From Catajapyx aquilonaris (Eukaryota), in NCBI GenBank assembly GCA_000934665.2, contig JYFJ02003896.1, positions 1-36,717 on the forward strand: a stretch of 36,717 nucleotides of DNA, written 5' to 3'. The first letter of the stretch is position 1. Every line of letters starts with the position of its first letter. A program made the translations under genes and the position numbers. Positions 24,844-32,713 of this stretch are shown here, piece after piece. The notes under the pieces are model-generated. The model ran no database searches. It had not been told where the DNA came from and worked only from the letters and a program-made list of their open reading frames with translations.

Positions 24844-27198
24844 ATGCAGCAGGAGGTAAAGGCGCCTTGTGCAGTAGCCCGTGCAGAGGCTGCCTGCTCC
24901 AGTACCGCCCCTCAGAAGGTGTATCTGGACTACAATGCGACGACGCCTGTGGCTCCAGAGGTGCTCTCCTGCGTGGCTGAGTCCATGGAGAAGCTCTGGG
25001 GCAACCCTAGCTCCAAGTATGAGACTGGACGCAGGGCCAAGGAGGCTCTGGACAAGGCCAGGGAGAGTGTGGCGGATGTGATTGGTGCCAGGCCGGAAGA
25101 AATCATCTTCCTCTCTGGTGGAACAGAAGTACGGGCAGGTCACAGTCATATTATGTATTGGTGTGACCAAGAGCTAATAATAAGTTATTAGCTCTTGGTG
25201 TGACTGTAATATGAAGATGAATTGCTGATTATGTTTGCAGTTGGCTTATCTAATCAGGATAAAATAAAAATATATATAAAAAGCTGTTTGCTGACAATTA
25301 TCATCACAGCATAACAAATTAACAATTTCTTCTGATATCTTCAATTACTCGCTCAATTTAATCATGATTAGAGCTGCTGTATCCTTGTGAGATTCGTGAA
25401 TCACTGTTGGGAATTGGGATGGGGATATAATGGGATATATTATAAGGATAGGGGATCAGGATCGGGTTCGATGCCAACCATGTTGCTTACATGTTAGTAA
25501 ATGCGTATATGATCAACGCTCGCTTGATTCGAGTGCCCCTCACCTCCTCCAATTGATGGAATACGTACTCCATCAATTGGAGGGGTCAGGGGTCATATAC
25601 GCATTTATTAACAAGTAAGCAATAGACATTACAGGTACAACACATATGTATAGAGCACTACACTGGGTGACCACTCTTGCAGTTGGCCAGACATGTGACT
25701 AAGACTAGTACCACACTGGCAACGGGGGCAAACATATTAACGCTTCAATGCACTCATACTCACTCCCTTGGTGCCAACGCGACATCTTGTAGTCCAGGTG
25801 TGGCTCGGGACTTGCTGCCTTCGTCAGTCCACTTCTGGCCTGGACCCGCTTCTCATTCAGAACCGCGTCTTCTGCAGTCACTGATCCTGGTTCTGACTCC
25901 GCATCTGGCTGTCTTTCTGTCTTCTTCAGGTCCCTATATACTGCTTTACAGGGCTTTCTTGTTTTCCTGGCTTGTTTTCGGTTGTGGACCAAAAGATATA
26001 GCCACTTTCCCTTTCTGATTTCGTTTTCAGTTTTCTCAGGAGTTCAGGGTCATAGGGCCTTACATTATCATTACATCTTTATGAGCTTGCCCTCGTTCAA
26101 TTCTACATGTTGTCAAGTTGTTTACCCCACTTCGCTTTCAGGCTAACAATCTGGTAATCCACACAGCCTTGGAGGCCTTTAGGAAGTGGAACAAGAGCTC
26201 CAGCAATGATCTGGACATGAAACCGCACTTTGTGGCAACTGCTGTGGAGCATCCGGCCATTCTCAGTCCATTAAAGCATTTGGAAAAGTGCAAATTGGCA
26301 GGTATTTGGTATACCCAAATGATGTAATACTGGAAGGGCGAAATGAGAGCTGAATTACTGAATTACTCTTTCAGATGTGACGCTCATCCCACTAGACCCA
26401 AAGCGCGGTCTTGATCCTGAATCAATCCTCAGCTGCATTCGTCCTTCAACCTGCCTGGTGTCAATAATGATGGCCAACAATGAAACAGGCATGATTTTCC
26501 CCGTAGCTGAGATTTGCAGGGTCATTGAACGCTTGAATCAAGTCCGCCGCAGCCAAAAATTGTTCGAGATCTTAACCCACACTGATGCTGCTCAAACCAT
26601 TGGGAAGGTTCTTGTTGAAGTCACAGAGCTTAATGCCGATTACCTCACCATTGTTGGCCACAAGTTTTATGGTCCCCGAGTAGGAGCATTATATGCTAGG
26701 AATTTGGGACGAAATGGTGAGGTGCATCCTATGATGTTCGGAGGTGGACAGGAAAGAGGTTATAGACCTGGCACTGAAAACACGGCAATGATGGTTGGGT
26801 TGGGAAGAGCATGTGAATTGGTCAAGGAGAACTTGGATTGTTACCAATCGCACATGAAGAAAGTCCGGGATTATCTTGAGGGAAAACTTGAGAGTCAGTT
26901 TCAAGAGCATGTTAAGTTCAACAGGTTTCCTGGCTCGAGGCTGCCAAATATCTGCAGTGTCCGGTTTGTTGGGATCTCTGGGCAAGATGTGTTGGATAAG
27001 TGCCAAGTTTTGGAGACCAGCTGTGGAGCAGCGTGTCATTCAGGAAGGACAGAGCCTTCCAGTGTGTTATTGGCGTCTGGACTGACCAAAGAAGAGGCAA
27101 CAAGCACCATCAGGTTGAGCATAGGAAGGGAAACAACTACAAGTGACATTGATGCTGTCATTCTTGATTTTAAATGTGCGCTGAAATTTTTTGAATAA
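24844..27198 (+). CDS. SCLY: Selenocysteine lyase (class V PLP enzyme, NifS-like group I); join(24844..25128,26142..26301,26375..27198), 422 aa
   Basis: GT-AG introns in phases 0 and 1. SCLY-type motifs: KVYLDYNATTP, WGNPSS, SGGTE|ANNLVIH, KPHF...VEH, MANNETG, HTDAAQ, LTIVGHKFYGPR (PLP Lys codon 26662..26664), GGGQERGYRPGTENT, GAACHS (catalytic Cys codon 27034..27036), IRLSIGRETT. These match SCLY rather than NFS1 (which has SGHKIYGP and SACTS). Confidence 0.93.
25441..26064 (-). mobile_element. Possible solo LTR in SCLY intron 1 (antisense)
   Basis: Minus strand begins TGTAAGG and ends CCTTATA (one change from CCTTACA). TATATA at 25940..25935 and AATAAA at 25609..25604 lie in LTR order. Flanks ATAT/TTAT are an imperfect 4-bp duplication. 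Confidence 0.4.
25483..25622. repeat. 140-bp palindrome in SCLY intron 1
   Basis: Outer arms 25483..25512 / 25593..25622 match 28/30. Inner arms CCCCTCACCTCCTCCAATTGATGGA / TCCATCAATTGGAGGGGTCAGGGG are centred on TACGTA (25562..25567). About 23 extra nt interrupt the left arm. Confidence 0.85.
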
Positions 27199-27252
27199 AA
27201 ATGTCAATTTCTGCAAGAGTTTTTCGTTGCATCGGCACTGACATTGTGATAA

Positions 27253-27573
27253 GCTGGTTTCACATGAGCTGTTGCAGCTGCAGTTGGAGTCGGAGTCGCC
27301 ACAAGGTCCTGCCAAGCAGCTCAAAGTCGGGTTTCACACGGGTGTTCCATTTTCAGAGTTGTTGCTACCACGTGTCCAATTTCCTGCTAGAGCGCTATTC
27401 TGGCCGCCTATTGGCCATCATCACCTAGCCGCAGTCGCTGTTGCAGTTGCAGATTCCAAAAGACCGGCCCGTACGACTTTCGTGTGGTGCGACTGCGACA
27501 GCTGCGGCCTCGCACTTATTGGCAGGTGGAGTCCAACTCCAACTGCGGCTGCAATGGTTTGTGTGAAACCAAC
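27253..27573. mobile_element. Harbinger-like palindromic MITE immediately downstream of SCLY
   Basis: About 45-bp imperfect TIRs GCTGGTTTCACATGAGCTGTTGCAGCTGCAGTTGGAGTCGGAGTC vs GTTGGTTTCACACAAACCATTGCAGCCGCAGTTGGAGTTGGACTC. Inner inverted GCCGCAG...GCAGT.GCA blocks and further GGTTTCACA-like ends nearby. Confidence 0.6.
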
Positions 27574-28066
27574 CGCCTTTATGCTGGTTACTAGAGTTAG
27601 AGCAACTCCAACCTTCCATTGTGTAATTGCATGCACTTGTAGAAAACCAAGCATGGTTAAGTTTTTTGGTCCCTCCTGAAAAGTATAAAAATTATACGCA
27701 ATCCATTTTCAGCCACTGTACCCAATTACTTATAGCAAATATCTCCAGCGAAAATATCTTACCACACCCTACACTCGCATATAGTTTGGTAATTACAAAT
27801 AAATAAAGGCAGAAATACTTCTTGTGGCCAGTAGTATACATCACATATCTATAATGCACATGAAGTGAGTATTCTACATTATGTTGTATACCCTATTCGA
27901 CTATTGCATTTAGCCTTCCTAATTAACTCACCTTCTGCCTTAATGACCAATAACTAGCACTCAAAATGATTCATCAGAACTTTTCACAACAGATCCCTCC
28001 CTTCCCCTCCCACCCATGCATTGATTGTTTAATCCATATCACGATGAGTCAACAGGTTGCAGCTAA

Positions 28067-28093
28067 GTTACTGCAGCAACCCTGACTGTTTAT
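28067..28093 (+). promoter_or_regulatory. RFX X-box (GTTACTGCAGCAAC) with adjacent forkhead-type site (TGTTTAT) upstream of CCDC148
   Basis: 28067..28080 fits GTTRCY-N2-RGYAAC. TGTTTAT at 28087..28093. About 130 bp upstream of the ATG at 28209. Confidence 0.6.
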
Positions 28094-28208
28094 TATAGAA
28101 TGCACAATCCTCTTTCGACAAACAGGAGGGCATCATTTTACACCATTGTCCTCTATTTACCACGAAATCTTTACAACCTTTACACTCCAAGTGCATGAAT
28201 TTATTAAG

Positions 28209-31200
28209 ATGTCAAGAAGAAGCAGCCAGAGCGAAAAGAAGAGTGTGCCCCGAGTCCAGATGCTCAACCCTCGATTCAGAAAGGGTACTACCATCGATAT
28301 AGATGGGCTCAAGAGTGAGATTTCCAGGCAGAAGGAGGAGGCAGAGGCCACCTTCAAGGAGCAATACGGTGAACTCAGGAGGGCCAGTCTGCTGGTAACT
28401 ATCGTTGCCTCTCTAGCTCTTTGATAAACATGGTGGACTCATTATCAGTGTTATGCAAAAAACAATGAGAAAATGTAGCATTAGCATTATGGAAGTGAAG
28501 TCTATGCCCTGCCCTTGGATACATTTTGTTTTGCCATTTATGTTAAAATTTTCTTTCTATTGCAGTAAAATCTGACGTAAAAGACTCATAGATAGTCCAT
28601 TGCTGTAAATATAAGATTAGCTGGAAGAGGGCTAGATGTCGGGTAGATGTTTTAAATGGAAGTGCAGTATAATCATGAACATCTGATTCTAAGTCAATAA
28701 GATAGAATGCGCTTGGTACAGTCATTGACAGAGTACCAACACAATTATTCCCTGTTGACATGAAATCAGGCTATCAATGGCTCAGTTGGCAATAATTTTG
28801 TCCTTAAAAACCGACGAATCTGCCAGTACCAGATTGGGTTTGGTTTCCTCAGTATAGTGCTTGTGTAAACAACGCTTCATGCGGAGGCATAATAATAACT
28901 GCAGGGACACTAGCAGAGCCTGAATCAGTATCTCAATCCGTGCTTCTTTTGGTCAGAGTCGTGAAGAGGCCCTCCTGCGTGAAATGGGCCACTGCAACCT
29001 CTCTGAGAAGCTCCCTTCCACCCCTGGGAGTGAGTTCTCCTCGTGCAGCAGCAGCACCCTGACCTACAGCGGCATGCCCACAGAGGAGGAGTGGCGTGAG
29101 AGAATGGACGCTGTTGAGAAGACCCTCCTGGAGATGCGGGAGCACATTCTGAGAGAGATGGACCTCAACCTGATGGATGGGTGGAAAGTGGAGCTCCCAG
29201 ATGAGAGTGCCTATTCCACTGGGGTCACGTCAGACTTCCGGGATCTAGAGTTCCCAGACCTTGACATGAAAGCAAGCCTGGAAGCAGATATGCTGGCCCT
29301 GGATGACAAGTATGCTTACAAAGTTACCCAACTGAAAGGACAGATCACGGATCGCGCCCCAACTGACGGGTGGACAGTGGATGATCACCAGATATTCTGG
29401 TACATACATAATAAGTTTCCCCGCCTCCAGTACTCACACCACAAGCTTGGGTCTGACATACTCAAGAGGTTGCTGCCTGAGAAATCCTGCAGTGAGCTGG
29501 TAAAAAAATACCCCACCTTTTTCTAGTGTAATTGCAATATTGTCATAAAGTCACAATGACCAGCAGGAAGAATCTGAGTTAATCGCATTTTTCTTAAAAC
29601 ACCTCCCTACTAGAGGGGTAGTTGGAAAAGTAGACAATATCAACCAGTACTCACATGATGCTCTTCACCGTTCTTCACTACTTAACATCTCATTCCATTA
29701 CGTGTAACAAACGTAAGCTTCCGGTAAAGTAGTACCAGTAAAAAATCTTGCAGATGCTCATTACCTTGGCACCTCACCTTCAGGCCAGGTACTGATAAGT
29801 GAATTGCATGCACTGTTTGAAGGAGGCTTTCCAAAAGTGTACAGAAAGTACCCGTTTTAAGCCAGTAACATTGGTTCCAGCACACAGCAGCGTTAAGTGA
29901 ATCAGCTACAACAAGGCAAAATAATTATTATAAGTGAACGAGACGTGTTCCAAAATTGACACTTTTCTCACTGAGTTCTAAGTTAATATTTCTGTCTTCA
30001 ATGCTAAGTATTTCCAACATTTAACACACGTTTAACGGCAGGTTAAGTGACATAAAATGGGTACTTCCTGTACAAACATGGGCTCAATTGCGTTATGCAC
30101 AGGATGAGCGGCAATCAAACCAACTCCTATAATGTTCTTCAGGATAAGCACGAGCGTTGGTGGCACAAGGTCCAGATTATGACGGAACGAATGGAGGGCT
30201 TGCTACACTCATGGCGTCGGGACAAGGAGGACATGCTGGATGAGGCAATTGATTGCTCTCGTCAAATCTGGGAGCTGCAGCAAAGGAAGGAGAAAGAAAC
30301 GGCCAAGAGGGAAAAGCAGCAGGCACTCTGCAAGGAGCTCCGTGCTAAAGTGACGTCACTGAGGATCAAGAAGCTGCAGGCCATGCAGGACGAACAGGAT
30401 ATGATGGAAAGGGAGAGAAAGGAGGAAGAGAAGATAAAGACGAGGGAGCAAGCAGAAGAGAGGGAGAGGAGGAAATTAATGAAGGAAGATGTCAAAAAAT
30501 ATAAGGTATTGCAGGTGGTAGGGGAAAACCCAATAAGGGGCCATGTCATGGTTCAAGAGACTGAACAGTACGTACTAGTGGCAGTAAAGTACTATGGCCC
30601 TCAAATTGTTTTGGCCGCTTTATCCTGGTCTTGAAGCAACCCTTCGCACAGGCCCCACGGTGAGCAAGTGTCTGTGTGAAGGGTTGCTTAAAGACCAGGA
30701 TAAAGTGGCCAAAACAATTTGAGCCCCATAGTACATTTGATTAAGTTGAATTATTATTATTATTATTTATAAGTTATGTTACCCTATTTGAATTGCTACT
30801 TATAATGGGTGACTGCAAACTTATCAAAAATTCATTCTTAATTGCACTGGGCAATTGTCTTGTGCAGGAAAGATTACCACTCTGTGCATCATTGGAATTA
30901 AAGATGAATGTCACCAGAATGTACTGAGCTCAAGTTCAATTGAACTGGCACCTTTATCCATTCTAGGAAGAGAAAATGAAAGAAGCTTGCCAACGCCAAG
31001 CTCGCCTTGAAGAACATGCCATGATCCTGCGGTTCCATATACAGGAGCGCAAGGAGGCCAACAAGGAGAGGGTGGGTTACAGGCGCAGGATGGAACGTGA
31101 GAAAGAGAAGCAGAAGAGGGCCGAAGAAGAGGCTGAGAGAGTAAGACTGGAAGAGCGCAAGAAGAGGCTGGATGCCCTAAGAAAACAAGTCCATGTTGAG

Positions 31201-31398
31201 GCAAAGAGAGACCCAGAGAGACTCATTCAGGACACACAGGCCACCTTGAAGCACAAGGAGCCGCCAGAGGATAACCCAGAGCTGCACATGCAAACCCCAC
31301 TCTTCAAGGTTACCTCGTTCACCACCAAGGACTTCAACCAGGATCCCAGCCTGAAGCCAGTCCGTTTTGACATGCTGTCATCCTTCCATCCAGAGTGA
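28209..31398 (+). CDS. CCDC148: Coiled-coil domain-containing protein 148-like; join(28209..28394,28957..29499,30143..30505,30967..31398), 507 aa
   Basis: Four exons join in phase 0 at GT-AG sites. Long E/K/R-rich coiled coil, GWTVDDHQIF...LKRLLPEKS.ELDKHERW segment, and C-terminal RVGYR...RLDALRKQV...DPERLIQDT...QTPLFKV...DP, resembling CCDC148 as I recall it. AATAAA at 31447..31452. Exon 1 is the least certain. Confidence 0.75.
30589..30734. repeat. 146-bp fold-back inverted repeat (likely MITE) in CCDC148 intron 3
   Basis: Arms 30589..30653 and 30670..30734 match 59/65 with a 16-nt loop. Both ends are GTAC, compatible with a TA target duplication. Confidence 0.9.
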
Positions 31399-32122
31399 AT
31401 GCAAAGCAACCCACCTCAAGTCATTGTTTCTAAGCAATGTTCACTAAATAAAATCAGTTCCTGCTGTTTAACACCATGACCTCCAGGCTGTTTCTAGATC
31501 TACTTGCAGCACGTACAAGCAGTATTGTTAATGCCAATAACTTCCCTTGCCTTCATACAGATAGTCCATGTTCATGGATATGACTCTTGTGTTCAGCCCA
31601 ATCTCGAAGAATTGCAGCCAATTTGAGAATGGTGGCCAGCAGCTAAGTTCTTGTAGGTTGCCTGGTCATGCCATGAGTGAGCGTTTTAAATTATCTGGCT
31701 AACACTGGAATTTTTGAAAAGTTCACTTGGAATCTCACATGCTGAAGTTCCAAACTTTTGGAACTGACAAGTGTGATAATGAATGAAAACGCAACATTGT
31801 CAATTCATAAGCAATGGTGTAGGTATGACCAAAATGGTAAAGCAACTCAACTTAATCCAGTCCTACTTGAAAGGTCTAAATGGCAAAATTCAGAGAGGCA
31901 GATTGACTTTTAAACTCTAAAGTTACGTGACACGACATTTACAAGCAATCAATACCTACTCGAAGACAGTGATTAGTGTTTTAATGCTTCTAAAGATGTT
32001 GTGAGTTATACAAGAAATTTTGAGGAACTAGTGGGGGGATTTCCATTCTATGACTCGTACCATCAAGATTTTGGACTCCACTCACCTTCAAAACTCACAG
32101 TTGCAGCCTCTCTCCCCACATC

Positions 32123-32263
32123 GGGTCAGGTTGCACCAGCACAAGGTTGAGGTTCAAGTGTGAGTCTACTATTGTTATTAGTTGTTGAACAGACTGAAAT
32201 AATAATTAATAACAATGGCAGACGCACACCTGAACCTCTAATTTGTGCTGGTGAAACTGTCCC
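32123..32263. mobile_element. PIF/Harbinger-like fold-back MITE between CCDC148 and TTLL4 3' ends
   Basis: About 64-bp imperfect arms: GGGTCAGGTTGCACCAGCACAAGGTTGAGGTTCAAGTGTGAGTCTACTATTGTTATTAG vs reverse complement GGGACAGTTTCACCAGCACAAATTAGAGGTTCAGGTGTGCGTCTGCCATTGTTATTAA. The superfamily call rests on the GG.CAGTTTCAC terminus only. Confidence 0.65.
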
Positions 32264-32713
32264 TGAGAGTTAGTTAACAACAACGGACACACCAGAACAT
32301 TATACTTTCCCTCTCTAATAACAAGATCCTTAACTGCTTTTTGTTATTTGACCAGCAATAGCCATTCCACTTCACTTTATTAATGTTACACACATGGAAA
32401 AAACCAAAAGTGCGGACATTCATCCATTAAATGCCACCGAAATTTGCACTCAATGTACTCCAGGAACATTATTATTTCATCAATTAAATTACTTTTTGGC
32501 TGCTCAAGAAGAAAAAAAAATCACTTGCCCTGCAAATAAGTTAAACACCACACAAGCACGTCCTCCTCTATGTCAATTTATATATGCATCCCTTGACTCT
32601 CTCCACATACACACTTGGGAGAAAAAAAGCTCATTAAAAAATATCTTTAAAAATGGTTTCACTGTTTCTTCTTCCTTTCGTGTGCAGGGCTGCATACTCT
32701 TGACCTCTTTCCA

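Noticed and set aside
25705..25992. Nested antisense protein gene in SCLY intron 1
   Set aside because: The ORF has a non-ATG start, no recognisable motif, and lies inside the LTR-like segment.
11494..27039. Antisense ORFs overlapping the exons (e.g. 11494..11823, 12654..13058, 13830..14192, 26689..27039)
   Set aside because: Shadow ORFs of real coding exons with no independent support.
24844..27198. Calling this gene NFS1/IscS
   Set aside because: TIVGHKFYGP, RPGTEN and GAACHS match SCLY. There is no SACTS..LEPSYVL motif or NFS1 C-terminal tail.
27199..27680. SECIS element downstream of SCLY
   Set aside because: The SCLY CDS has no in-frame TGA, and the hairpin is explained by MITE-like inverted repeats. 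I saw no convincing AUGA/GA core.
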